Assembly: GCA_004764695.1 (NCBI GenBank)
Contig: SMSO01000032.1
Location: 3,256,483 to 3,320,482, forward strand
Source of the DNA: Schizochytrium sp. TIO01
Taxonomy: Eukaryota > Protista > Bigyra: Labyrinthulomycetes
Direction of reading: 5' to 3'
Length of the DNA stretch: 64,000 nucleotides
Shown: one piece after another, positions 9,114 to 22,022 of the stretch
Numbering within the stretch: position 1 is the first letter of the stretch
Layout: every line of letters starts with the position of its first letter
Position numbers and translations under genes: made by a program
Notes under the pieces: generated by a model
The model's input: the letters and a program-made list of their open reading frames with translations, nothing else
Databases searched by the model: none
Told to the model about the DNA's origin: nothing

Positions 9114-12100
9114 ATGAAAAATGAAAAATATGGGGGATTAAATTAGGGATGAGTTTTGTATAACAATAATTCTCGTATTCGTGAGAGGCCTATTTGCTGA
9201 GGACTTTTCAGCACATCAAGTAGGGATTTCTCATTCCTTCGAATAGCTGTTTTCTGCCGACTTGAATATAATTGATACCTTCATAGTCCGGTAGTTACCA
9301 TAGAAAGTTTGTCTCAATAAACACATTTTACACTGTTATTTCCCGCATAGAGTAGCTGTTGCTATGGAAGAAAAAAGTGCTGGACAGTCTCGATAAAATT
9401 TGCTCTCTGTATTAACCGACGACTCTGCTTTGCCTCTCCTGTGGTACTCCTCAAACTCCAAACTCATCGTGAATATTATAGTGCATAAAGTAGACTGGTT
9501 TGAAATTATGTTGCGATGTTGATTCAATTTCTCCATTTCATTTTGAATGTTTCACTGTGAGAGCGTGAGCTTCTACCTGGAGTTTGCTCATGCTCTCTGT
9601 AGCCAAATGCCAAGCAGTTGTTTCTGGTACTGTCGGATGGAAAGTTGCGTTGCATTCATCAATTAGTACAAAACCATATTTACCTTATCGTGAGTTATTC
9701 ACTTGAGCTCTGCCACCCGCCCAGAATATCTACTCAGTCAATCAAAGTTGCTACAGAGGTTATCTTTGGAAGACAGTGAGTAGAGAAGGAGCTTGCGATC
9801 GTGAAACAGTCTTTCGTGATAACCAATTGCATGTCTTCTAAATTTTAAACAACATTTCAGGTTCGCCAGCTTATGCAGTGCGACATCGTTGTAAGTGTAT
9901 CGATAGATATTCAAACGATAGATAGAAAATTATGACCATTCCTCCAAATCATCTCTGGAAGCTCCGAGTTGAGTTCATACGGAGATTTACAATTTAGCAA
10001 AAAAGCAATTACGAAAAGAAACCCCTTCTATTGAAACGTTCCGTTGTACCGCTACAGACGTTTCATGTATTTGAGGGACCCTTAAGTTACGGGGCTGGCT
10101 TTTCCCCTTGTCTCTCTCTAGAGAGCTGTGGGGATGGGAATCCGTGGCCGTGAATGGTGGTTGTTTTCAGAAAACGGCGCACGACTTCAGGGCGCAGGAA
10201 AAGCCGTCGCACAGAAAGAAAGCCCGCAAAATACGCACAGACCAGGAGAGGGAATCTCTGGCAAGGAATGCAAGCTTCACTTGTTGGAATAGTTTGGAGA
10301 AGCTTGATCATGGTCATTGAGAGTCTCGTGGACCTTGAAAGGTGCTAATCATCGCTAGCAGCGTTGCTGCTTTAAAAAAACAATGAATCTGTAAAATCGT
10401 GAAAGCCGCATCAAATGAATTGAGGGAAACTGAAGACGAAGGAACTAGAAGCGGTGCTGCAACCGATACTTTCTATTCTATGAGCAATTCAAGACTCTGC
10501 GCGTCACGTTTCCGCAAGCGGCCTGAGACCTGGGCCAGAGGAAGCGCGAGCTGAGCTATCTAAGCCGTTTGGACATGCGAGTCTGCCCATCAATCCTACA
10601 TCTATAGTCTGTAGTGTGGCATGAAGACTGCGACGAAGAGCAAAGAGTGTTTTAAGTTTGCAATAAAAGGTAGGTCCTTTTGATTAAGATTCAACTTTGA
10701 AACACTGAAGCATGAAAGTGGCAGGGACACAGGTTTCTCGCAAGCTTCAACTGCACAAGTGATAATCTTTTCATTCTTTGTCCGTTCAGACGAACGCAAA
10801 CACCTCATATTTTGCATTTGCATCGACAGCTTCTGAAATGCAAATTAGTATTTAAAAAAAAAATAATACGAAGCTTGTGGACCTGAGCTTTGGAGATCAT
10901 TCAAATGCAGATCGGGAGCCCTTGTAAACGGAGGGCAGCTTTCGTTCTAGTAGACATACCTGGGGATGTTTGTGCGACCTCGAAGCATGCAGATTGTACA
11001 TGACAATAGGCTGTGTCTACTTGTGTGCTTTGTGCAGGAGGAAGAATGGAGAAGGAGTTCTAGGTACTTCATTACATACAAATGGATTTATTTATTTACA
11101 ACAAGGAGAAAGAAAAAAAAAGAAAAAAAAAGAGAAGCTCCCTGGACGGGTGGTCTGTGTGGTTCTCTGAAGTCGCGATGACGGCAGCGCTATGAGGGCC
11201 TTTTGCGCAAGGGCAGGTGAGGAACAGTCCTAGCGGAAACCTTTCACTTATGCTACTACAGATAGAATCGGCACATCGTGCTCTCTCCTAGTTCCATCAC
11301 CGACAGTCGGTAAGTTTGCCACAGGTTCGGAATCTAGCGAAAGCAAGGTATTTATTTATTTGACGGTCCACTAAAAAAAATAATAGCATGTGATCGCATT
11401 GCACAATCGACTCTTCACATCTTCATGTTGTAGTATGCTCTCTTACAACCTTTGTGTAGACTCTCTCCGTTTCGTTTTGAACACCGACCAGTGAGACTGA
11501 GCGACTCTGCGACGCTGCGGCATCAAACGGACCAACAAGCTCTCTGCAACGCCCGCCCTCCTCGCCTCAACAATGGCTGGTTGGTTGTCTATGGTCGGTC
11601 AGCTCGTCGGTGCCGAAGAAAACACAGCCTCGCCATAGGACATAAAACGGAGTAGCACTCCTTTTTAAAATTTTAAAATTAAATAAAAGTTGATGAAAAC
11701 AAAGGGAAAAGGAAACTTTGTTGTGCCTCCCTGAAGGAAACACAACGTCTGCAGACAAATCTGAACGCCGCAGACTTGGAGACCAACTTTTTCTTTCCTC
11801 TGTTTTGCCTATTGTTAATTGAGATGAAGCTTCTCTTCGTTTCTTTTCACTTTTGAGGTTCGGTGACGCAATGAGCCAGCGAGTTTTAGTGTAAAAATAA
11901 ATGAAAGGTTTTTAGCTGAGGTTACGAAACATAAATAATATAGAAATTGCTCATTTTTTTAAAATTTTAAATTAGACAAATTGCACGTAATTAGTAGTTA
12001 GCTAGCTACTCTTTCGAGCGAATTAGCCATTACAGCACGACTTCCAGTACCGCCTGGACGAAGTCTAATCTGAATTTACAAGACGAAAACTAAGGCTATC

Positions 12101-15100
12101 TGGGATTCGAGGTTGATTTTTCAGACACATGCGAAAACAGGAAGGAAGTATGGTACTCGAATCTGAAGTCAACACGTCGCTTTCATAGTCTGATAAATGC
12201 ACAGCATCATACTTTGCAAAATTACGTGAGGAAAGAAAAGCTACTGAAGATAGTTCAAAATCGCAAAATGGGTGATCCGGAGACACAAAGAAGAGTTTTT
12301 GTTGCTTCTGGCTGCCACTCGTCTCACAATGACTGGTCTCGCTCTATTGAAAGGAGCTTTGTTTTCGCGCTGCAAGTCATAATCGAACCTCGCCAGAATC
12401 TCTCTTTCGAGTGTCTTTGGCTGTAGACATTCTCGGTTGATTAAAGACCTATGGTTATGGCGGTTCTTTAATGTTGATTTGGTTTGGATGTCTGGAATGG
12501 AATGCTTGCACCCCTTTATTTGAGCGAAACCTGTTACTATGTCCGATGTTAGTACATGTTTATAGTTTATACCACCAATATTAGGACCAAGTAGATCAAA
12601 TTTGACCACAAATAAAAGTTTCTTATTTTCTGCCGCTCAGACCAATCAGCTTCTTTCATGATATGGTTCATAGAAATAAATGCCTTATTCACATATCATT
12701 CTGATGATAAGGGGATTCAAGAGAACCGATTTTAGGTCATAGAGATCTCATTAAAAAATGAGGTCATCGTTTTCATTGTTCTTGTGATGTGGATAAGAAG
12801 GTTGGGTTGAGTCAACTTGGATAGTAATTGTATTAGCCTGTACTTCTCGCATCAACAAACTGATCATTCGCAAGCATCTGCCGTGAACCTTGTTTTCGTC
12901 GGGGTGGAGGTGTGGGGACCGCAAACCAACAGTGCCTAAAACAGGAAAAAAAAAAAAAAAAACTGAGAGGAAAAAGGAAGGAAGATGAGTATTATTCATG
13001 ACCTTTCTGTTTAAACTACCAATTATGTCTTAAAATTCAATATTTTAAATAGTTTCTTTTGTCAATCTTTGAAATGTAAAACATCTTGTACAACTTGATG
13101 GGTGTCATATTTACAGTCCCACAACTCTAACAAACACAACTTCAGAGTCGACCAGCCCATATTTAGCTTCTAATGTCAGAACTCCCTAGCGCGTGAATCT
13201 TCAGGCCTTGAAGTAAATATGAACATCGCTTGAATCTCTCTGTTTCGAACTGGACCAGATTATTTTTTTTCTCCCCTTTTTTGGTGAGGTAAGTCCTACC
13301 ACCCTTCTTTCGTTTACGAGATACATCACTCGCCCGTTCGCTTACATGTTCGGCAACAAACAACCATCTTGGCAGTGCCACATGTTGTTGTTCTTGTACA
13401 TCATGGCATTGAAAAAACTACTACCTAGTTCCATCCAATTAAAACATACAAAATATTGTTCGCCAGTTTTAGTTTCTCTTGGTCTTCTTGAAGTTAAGCA
13501 CGAACGCCTTGCTCGGTGCTGTTTTTGTTTTGCCTCTAGTTGAAGGTTTCTTTTTTTTTTTTTTGGCACACACCGTCATAGATTCATCAACTTTATAAAC
13601 CATGCATCGAAGCTCTTGCGCAATGTGTAGAACTCTACCATGCGTATACACAAAATTTTGCATTATATTCTCCTTGAATAGTCCTTCTGCTTACTGCCAC
13701 GCTAACACATACCTACTCATGCGGGGTCAGCCCTATCCTTCGACTCGCTGTATAACCTAGTGAGTTTCTTCAGTGCATGATACAGCAAGAAGAGAGGTTG
13801 ATCCATCAAGTGCTGCTTTTATCATGCTAACCCACGAATGAGAAGAATTTAGAAATGAAGTGCTACTCTAGCTAGTAATATACCTATTCCGTGCTGCTAG
13901 GGGGTTAGTAGTTTGGTAGCTAGTATTACCAAAAAAAGAGCTGTAGGGAGCGGGGCACGTGCAAGCATGCTGTGAGCACGCAAAGTCACGCTGATGATGT
14001 CCGTCATTATCTAAATAGAAAGTAATTTAAAACGAATGACTAACTAGATGCTCAGGTAGGAAGGTAGTTGGTTTTACTGCGTAGATAGTACCTACCTACT
14101 CCGCAGCCAACTACTTTTCGACAGCACTAGTCTTTTCGTCTCTTTAATAATCGACCCAGAAAGAACCCTGCGAGAAAACTTTAACAACATGGAGGCCCTG
14201 AAATAAAGAATGTATATATAGGCCTATACATATTTTAATTCATAACATTTAAATAACATTTTTCATTACTTAGGTAGCTACCATCCAATGGGGTTGGTCA
14301 ACTAACTGATCGACCATCTCGACCACCCTCCGCCTAGTCTTTTGCACCAAGCTGCTCCGCCGTGCACAGACTAGTGACTCTTTTCGTCGTTGTCACCTGT
14401 CTACAACAAGATCTCTGCAGGTACTCTAGAGGCATCGATCTTCTTTTCAACTTGGTTTGCTTTCTCGGCATGTGCGTTTTATGCCGATTCTAGAGCTGCT
14501 AGCCAGCCACCGTCAGCGACTTATTTACAGTGATAGGCGCCGTCACAGCATTTATTATAATATCTCTGTTCGAGCCTAGCGCACGTACGTGAGCCGAATG
14601 ATGATAACGAAGCGATGGAGAGCTTGAACGAGTCGTCACAAATGTGCATCCATATACGCCAAGCCGGAGAACTGAGCGGAATGTCGGATGGTGGCACCGC
14701 AAGACCTTCACCTCGAAGCTCCAGAGTTTCGAGGTAAATCTGCTCGCATTGCGAACTTTAAAGTTGCTCCTGCCTCGCCAACATTTGCTGCCCCGAGAAG
14801 TTGAAGTTGAATATCGTCGTGGAGATTAAAACATATATGTAGGAGTGAATCAGGTGGAGCCCTTCGCTATGGTGAAGACAGTACCTGCATATCTCGTGCA
14901 TAACAGCAAATGGACAGCTTCAAGGTCTAATAAGGACTCACTCATTGCCATAGAAAAGAAAGTTTGGGTGCAAGAGAAGTTGTGATTGGAAGAACCGTCG
15001 CGAACTGCCGCGCGCCTCTTCACGGCCGGTAAAAGAACACCCTCGCACCACGCGCTCCTCTTTGATAGCTGAGGTGAATAGTTTTTTATTTTTTTAAAAA

Positions 15101-18100
15101 GAAAAGAAAAGAAAAAAGCCCTACAAAGGTAAGATACATCACAAATTGTCTGTTACCCGCTCTTCTATCGTAAACAATTGAAGAATTATGACCAACCTCG
15201 AACCGAGTCTCGATCTTCGTCTGCTCTGTTGGACGAACGTGTGCACAATGACTGTCAGAGCACTTACCCCAAGTGCTACTGTGATGCAGAGGAACTAAGT
15301 TTCTAAATTAAAAAAATAGAGTAGTAGTATTTACATGTCCCTCTGGAGCATTGAGATTTGAGATTGTCACAATCCGTCAAAGCTTTGTTGGTTGCAGGAG
15401 CTGATTTACGCGCCAACTTATTCAAAGGTATATATATATATATTGCAGCAGAGTCGAAAGTGAGGACAAAGGAAACACGAAAGAGATTCCTCGGCCACTG
15501 CTTTCCATCCTCAATCCCGGCGGTTCTCTCTTCAATTCCCCGGCCACCGATGAGGCGGGGTCTAGCGATGATGGAGAACCACAAGTCTAACAGTATAATA
15601 GCAGTAACAATAACCATAGTGATAAATTGAATTAATTTTAAAAAAGAAAAGAAAAGAAAAGAAAGAAGCCTTTGAAATAGAGATAAAAGAAAAAGGGGTT
15701 AGAAAGAAAGATGAAAGGGGGTCCTTCGTATAGTGTCGTTATAAATCTGAACACGGACGAAACAAGGAATCGAAACGAAGAACTTCGCAGGTCTCTTCTT
15801 GCGTTCTTCATAGTCTTTGGTTATAGACTTCCTCGCCTTCTTCTCATTGTTTCCTTTTGACAACCAACTTGAAAACGGTGCATGCAGTAGTCTCTTGGAG
15901 CGAGCGACAACGGCGGTGGAGATGAAACATCAGCTTATCGTCCAAGGCGTCGCTCAAACCTGAATACTGGAGCAGCGAATATCTTATTTGTTCGAAAGCT
16001 CTCACCGTTGTCAAACATGCGATAAATTTAGAGATTTTACAAACTGATACTGAAAGAACGTGCCTTGAACAACTAACTAACCAACTAACTATCGATGCAT
16101 GCCATCAGCAGACCAGGTCGTCTTCGCCATCTTAAACCGGCTGCTCAGGCTCTCGTGGCAAGTCTAAGATAAAAATAGAAATAAAACAACTCGCCTCTCT
16201 TTTCCCCTTTCCTCTTCCTTTTCCTTTTCTATTCCTTCAGTTTGGTTCTTTCACTTCTTTCTAAGGTGTCGTAGTCCTTAGGAAGCAAACAAGGAAATGT
16301 AATTCCATTCTCCGCATTCCTTACGGAGCAGCATCTCTCTCTTCAGCGAGGGCCTGGGACTGTGTTGCCGTCGTCCGGGCCGGCATGAGGAGCGAGCTTC
16401 CGTCGTTGGCGCGGGCTGACTGCTGGGTGGGCTGCGAGGTCAGCCATCTCACCGACTCGACGACCAGCGGTGCAGTTTAGAAGCAGTCATGAGGAACCCG
16501 TCGCACGCGCTAATTAATTTATCCCTCCTTTGACTGCATGCGCGTTTATGTTGCCTTAGAAGTTCGTTGGTGTTTCTTTCATTGGAATAAAGCTGTGTCT
16601 TCATTAAGGGCGGCGAACTATACTTTGCGGTTCTCTGGCATGAACGTGGATAACTTGTATGAAGCGTTACGCAGCTTAAATGGCTCTATGGAAGGGGTGT
16701 TTCTGTTATTCATGCAACAAGCAGGCAGAGTGATGGACGCGAGCAACACATGAACTTGGTTAAACGAAGATAACAATCTAAAGATTCTCAGTATTTCTAA
16801 ATCGAGTTTCTGCACATACGTTCCTCTCGGATCATGCATCTTGTGCTATGCAATTGGGCCGAGTGTCGCCTCCATCGACGATCTCGGCCGCTGGAGGCTG
16901 CACCAGCAAGATTCTACTTGCGCAGCCGGGGCTCACGCATTCAACTTTGAAGGATCAAAATGGTTCTTATATAGCTTGCTTCTTCTTATCATGATGCTCA
17001 TCTCTTGCGTGAGAAGGTTAGGCATCAGGCGACCCTCAAAGGACAAGCTAAGATGCAGCGATCTTTAGAACAGGCAATTCCTTTGTACCTTGTTCTCTTT
17101 TTTAAAACTCATCAGTGGAGGGAGGAGATGCAATACCAACTGCTATCAGAATCAAGACATACCTTCCTTGATTCGAAATGGGTCTTCAAATCACCACCTT
17201 GGTAGCGGTATTACTTCGTGTAGCGGCTGACAAACATAATTAGGCGCAGGGTGCCTGAATCTTTAAGTTTCGAGACCCTATTCTATTCAAAGTTGCAAAA
17301 AAAATAAAAATGTTAACATTCGACCTTTTTCGTTCATTTTAAATAGGTTGAAAATAAACTACAATTATAAAAAAAAGGGGCGAGGGAGAGTTTCCTGGAA
17401 AAGGCCGAGCTGGTGCTAGAAGGTAGTTTTAGAAGTCTGCTTGCTGGACTCTTGCGGCTTTTCGAGGACTGCGGCCTATTCTTCCTCTTCATTATCTTGC
17501 CTTTCTTACAAACAGGTTTTGTCTCCTTATTATAATTCATTGAAAGAAAGTTTGAAAACGTTCAATTCTTTGGAGAGTACCTGTACCATAAGTGGTGAGG
17601 AATGTATTTTATTCGATGATAGTTTTTATTTTATGGTATTTTATTATTAGTCAAAAGTACCTAGATGGATTCAGGAAAGAAGGGTCCTTCCTTTCTCTAG
17701 GTAAAGAGAAATACACGACGCGAGACTCTCGTTCGGCCCGCATACGCTGCATATTCCGTAGAGGCAAGAGAGAGAATCGGAGCGCGCCTCAGCCCCCCGC
17801 AGGTCTTTGCTTTTTCTTAAACAAACAAGCCGTCAAATGGTGGATCGACGCCGAAAAAGTTGGCTGTGATGTAGAGTTTTTGTTCTTCTTGAAACCATGG
17901 CGATTGTATTTTATGATTTTTTATTTTTTTTTTTCAAGTGATGACGTCAAACTTTGCCAGGTCAGGTTCGCACCTTCGCCGTCTATTGTGATCACGCCCA
18001 AGAGAGAGCATGATGTACTCAACAGGTGCACAGAGGAATCTCAACCGCCATCTCATGGCCTCTCCGCGCGCAAACCTTGGGCTTGCTTTCTTCTGGGATT

Positions 18101-18780
18101 TGGCATTGGGCGCTGAGTTTGCTACTTAGTACTTCAACTTGAGTGGTTTTTGTCTTGGTTTCTTCCTTTAATTATTTAGTATTTTTCATCTTAAAAAAAC
18201 ATTTAAAAAAATACAATATGCAAAATAATCAATTATACAACAGAGTCGAGAAAAAGACAGCAGACGACACACCCTTGCTTTCGCAAAAAAGCTGTCACCA
18301 GAGGCGCCGTCGCTTCTGCGCTTTGCCATCTGTAAAGTTAGCACTAAGAAAGCAGTACGCGTCAGCTCTTTCATCCTACATACGCTGGTGTCAAAGTGCC
18401 TTTTCCTCTTGTGCACCTCCTGCTTTAGAAAGCGCCTCAAAATGGAGTGCCTGTTCTCGACAAAGAACCCGCCTAGGCCTACCTAGCATCGGCGCTAACA
18501 CTCGGAAGGCAAGTCGGCGGCAAGCTGAATACTCTCACTCATTCACTCACCATTTTAAAATATGGAAGCGCAAAGGCCGAAAAGCTGATCAACAGTGGGA
18601 AGACATGTTAGAAAACAACTGGGCAAGCAGAAGAAACGAAAGGAAGGTAAGAAAGAGCGGTCAGAGGGAAGGCCGCCAGGTGTCCCACTGTGTCTTGGTG
18701 GTGGTGGAAGTTATTGTGCGAGGAGAGGCAAACAAACTCACAGAGTTTGCGAGCGAAAGCTGGATAACCAAAAGAACTCT

Positions 18781-18856
18781 AGGTAGCTAAGCTTAGCTAG
18801 CTAGCTAGCTTCATAAGAACTAGCGAGCTCCCAAAAGGCTAGAAGCTAGAAACTAG
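18781..18856. repeat. (CTAG/AGCT)n-rich palindromic microsatellite upstream of SWEET copy 1
   Basis: aggtagctaagcttagctagctagctagct...tagcgagctc...ggctagaagctagaaactag read directly. Confidence 0.6.
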
Positions 18857-19033
18857 CGGCAAATCAAAATTGTCTCATCGTAAAAATATATCATTAGCGA
18901 ACAGCTTACACCTCAGGAGCGGTAAAGAGCAGTCTTCAAGCGAGACAGCTCTCGCTCGAGGCAAAGCAAACCCCAAACTTGGCGTTCTTCTTCAAACTCG
19001 GAGTGTTTACTTCGCACAAACCAGCACATCACA

Positions 19034-20746
19034 ATGTCCTTCGAGGATGTCTTTGTGCTGCAGGTGGCGCCTGTGCTTGGCGCAGTCGTCACAGAGCTCC
19101 TGTACCTGGGACCCATTATGTCCATCCTGCAGGCTCGCAAGAACCGCACTCTTGATGCGCTCAACCCGATCCTCTTTGCAGTCACTGCCCCGCAAGCATT
19201 GCAGTGGACTGTATACGGAGCGATGAAAGACAACGTTTACCTTGTCTTGGGTTCGCTCTTTGGCATCGTCCTTGGTCTTTTCTACTTTGGCACCTGCCTC
19301 CGCTACGCCAAGACCGATGTGGAGGTGATGCGCATGGAGCTCATTTTCCTCGGGCAGTTCACCGTCACTGCCATCATCTGCGTGGTGCGGCTTTTCGCTC
19401 CCGCTGTTGGCCTTCAAATCGCTGGTTTGTACAGCATGATCGCCTCCCTTGTGTTGTACATTTCCCCGCTCATTAACATTCGTCGCATTATTCTTACCCG
19501 CGACGCGTCCACCATTAACCGTGGATTCCTCATCATGCAGATTGCCAATGGATTTCTCTGGACGCTTTACTCCTTCTTTGCATTTGATGTCTTTGTTCTC
19601 ATCCCTAGTGCCATGAGTTTCCTTACCGGTGCCATCCAGGGACTTCTCGTTTTGATCTTTCGCAACTCTAAGCCTATTGCTCCTCCTGATATCGAGATCG
19701 CTCAGCCCGAGTCTGCCACCCCGGAGAAGCCCCAAGGCACCTTCTTTGGAAGTTGCTACCGTCCTCCTTCTGCATGCCAGCGTCTTTCTCGCGCCGAGTC
19801 CGCTCCGTTTCAGCCTTCTCCCGATACTGATGCAACCAACTCTGACACCATGGCCATGCAACTCTGCGGAACTTACGCAGACGTGGCCGGCCCAACCGTG
19901 AACGCAAGTGTAGATGTAAACGCAATGGATGCTGTGCAGCACGCCCCAGTTGCCATGCAAATGTCTGGCTTGACTTCTGGTGTACCTGAGACTGTTCCGG
20001 AGACCACCATTGCCACTATGGGCTCCCCTTCTGCAGGTCCTATGAACATGGTCTCCCCACGTATGGCACCTGTAAGCCTAAACATGGCTTCTCCGCACAT
20101 GGCTCCTGTAAACACCAGCGCTAGATCTTCTCCTGCTATCACCCCAATGAGTGCTCTCGGACTGAACGCCCCGGCACTCTCCCTCAACGGCCCCGCCCCT
20201 GCCCAGGAGACAGTCTTCAACCGCCTTGCTCGTTACTCCAGCTCCAGCAACAACTACGAAGCCGTGCCGACGATCCAGCAGCAGCAGGAGCAGCACCAGC
20301 AGCAGCTCGAGGAGACCACCGCTTACGTGCCGCCTCCTGTTGCCCCAGAGGCCTTGGCTGTGGACCACTCGAACATCATCATGGACAACATCCCTCTAGG
20401 CACCGCAACTGAGCCGCACTACGTTAATGCCGCCGAGACATATCACCCGCTCAGCCCTGTCACTGACACTAACCAGTACATTGAGACTGCTCAGACTTAC
20501 ACTGTACCTGAAGCTACTCATGCCCCTGCCGAGTTCCTAAGTGCCAGCACCGAGACATACCCAATGAGCACGGAGACGACCTTTGTTGGAGCTGCTGAGA
20601 CTCCATTTGTGGGAGCTGCCGAGTCCATGGCTGAGCCTCTTATTCACCAGGTTGAGGAACACCAAGTTCAAGGTGAGGATAACTCCGAGGCAGTTGATGC
20701 CAAGACCGTCGACGCCAAGACTTACACCTCTAGCTCTGGATTTTAA
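19034..20746 (+). CDS. SWEET/MtN3-saliva family 7-TM transporter, copy 1, with ~360 aa low-complexity C-terminal tail
   Basis: TM1 LYLGP, QWTVYG, LYISPLINIRRIILTRDASTIN, NGFLWTLYS, DVFVLIP match the two MtN3 repeats. Tail is Pro/Ala/Thr/Glu-rich with polyQ. Confidence 0.9.
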   Translation: MSFEDVFVLQVAPVLGAVVTELLYLGPIMSILQARKNRTLDALNPILFAVTAPQALQWTVYGAMKDNVYLVLGSLFGIVLGLFYFGTCLRYAKTDVEVMRMELIFLGQFTVTAIICVVRLFAPAVGLQIAGLYSMIASLVLYISPLINIRRIILTRDASTINRGFLIMQIANGFLWTLYSFFAFDVFVLIPSAMSFLTGAIQGLLVLIFRNSKPIAPPDIEIAQPESATPEKPQGTFFGSCYRPPSACQRLSRAESAPFQPSPDTDATNSDTMAMQLCGTYADVAGPTVNASVDVNAMDAVQHAPVAMQMSGLTSGVPETVPETTIATMGSPSAGPMNMVSPRMAPVSLNMASPHMAPVNTSARSSPAITPMSALGLNAPALSLNGPAPAQETVFNRLARYSSSSNNYEAVPTIQQQQEQHQQQLEETTAYVPPPVAPEALAVDHSNIIMDNIPLGTATEPHYVNAAETYHPLSPVTDTNQYIETAQTYTVPEATHAPAEFLSASTETYPMSTETTFVGAAETPFVGAAESMAEPLIHQVEEHQVQGEDNSEAVDAKTVDAKTYTSSSGF

Positions 20747-21987
20747 TGCATCTGACCCACCAATCTACCTCTGCAATATCGGAAAAAGCTTTGGTAGCCT
20801 GAATTGAAAAATACGCTTTGGAATAATCAAAATCCCAAGCCACACAAAGTAAAGAAACCCCTGCTTCGCACCTCATGTAGTAGATGGAGGAGAAGTAATA
20901 GTTAATAGTTTTCTCTCTTGCTCGGATGTAGCGCAACTGAGCTCACTCGCCCAGTTCATGCATGAATACATTGTTTGCTTGTTGAACGAGCATTCGTTAC
21001 GTTTTCAAAGCATTCATCTGAGCAAGCCTTAATTCTGATAGACAAACCTAACCCTACACAAATGTATACCTATGTGCCATTACCTTACTGATTGTTTTCC
21101 TTGCCTCTAATCTTTGACGAAATCCACCGCGATGTGTAATTGTAAGAGATACACTAACATCATAGCTAGACGTTGCGAGCTAAAGCCTAAAGCTTGAAAC
21201 TGGATATACAGACAAACTGAAAAACATCAACTTGAAGTTTGAGACTTTTACTTTAAACAGCTTTGGGTGAATACTACATATTGATTTGTTGCATCGTGAG
21301 CTTGAATGCGACGTCGTTGCGATGATATTTTACACTCCAGAAACTGTAGACCAAACCCCGACATTTTAAAATGCAAAGCTTCAGTCACGCTATAGAATAT
21401 TTACGAGCAAACTGTCTAGCACTTGAAATATTTCACAGAAAAGCTGTACCCTGTATCTTTTGCAAACAGCAAAATATTCCTTTTTACTGTTCGTAACCGG
21501 TCTTGTTGTCCAGTGGTTGCTATTTTTTGGCAAGCATCAGACATGAAATACATTCAATAACATACTAAAACAATAGTATGAATTTAATGAGTTTGCAGCA
21601 AACATGCATTAATCGGTCATTGCTGCATGATCAACCATCTGTGTGGCGATTACTCGGCCTTCAACTGTTTACATAGCTTCGTAGAGTATTTCGGCAAGAA
21701 CTATCCATGCTACATTTAAAGTTAATCATAAAAGGTACTAGTCTGATTACCAGCAAGCCCACAATTCTATGGAGAGAATTGGTTTGTTGTTCTTACTGTA
21801 ACCTCCGCCTACAGCAACAGCTCAAGATATTGTTTCGTATCATCAAACTTTAGCTAGCTTCGCAAACAACTGAGCGCTTTCACCGTCGTCCGTTCTTCTC
21901 ATATAATCTACTTTACGCAAGCTCGTTGCGACATTTGGAAGTTCTTACTGGCCAGGGAGAAAAGAATTATAGCCGACCAAAGACATT

Positions 21988-22022
21988 ATAAATCGCACTA
22001 TAAATCGTACTATAAATCGCAC
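21988..22022. repeat. 12-bp tandem repeat (TATAAATCGCAC) x3
   Basis: tataaatcgcac tataaatcgtac tataaatcgcac read directly. Confidence 0.8.

Noticed and set aside
17592-18790. ORFs of 174 and 215 aa upstream of SWEET copy 1
   Set aside because: Non-ATG starts, run through poly-A/T tracts, non-protein-like composition; probably promoter/UTR sequence.
19007-19960. 317 aa antisense ORF over SWEET copy 1
   Set aside because: Shadow of the codon-biased sense gene; no recognisable motifs.
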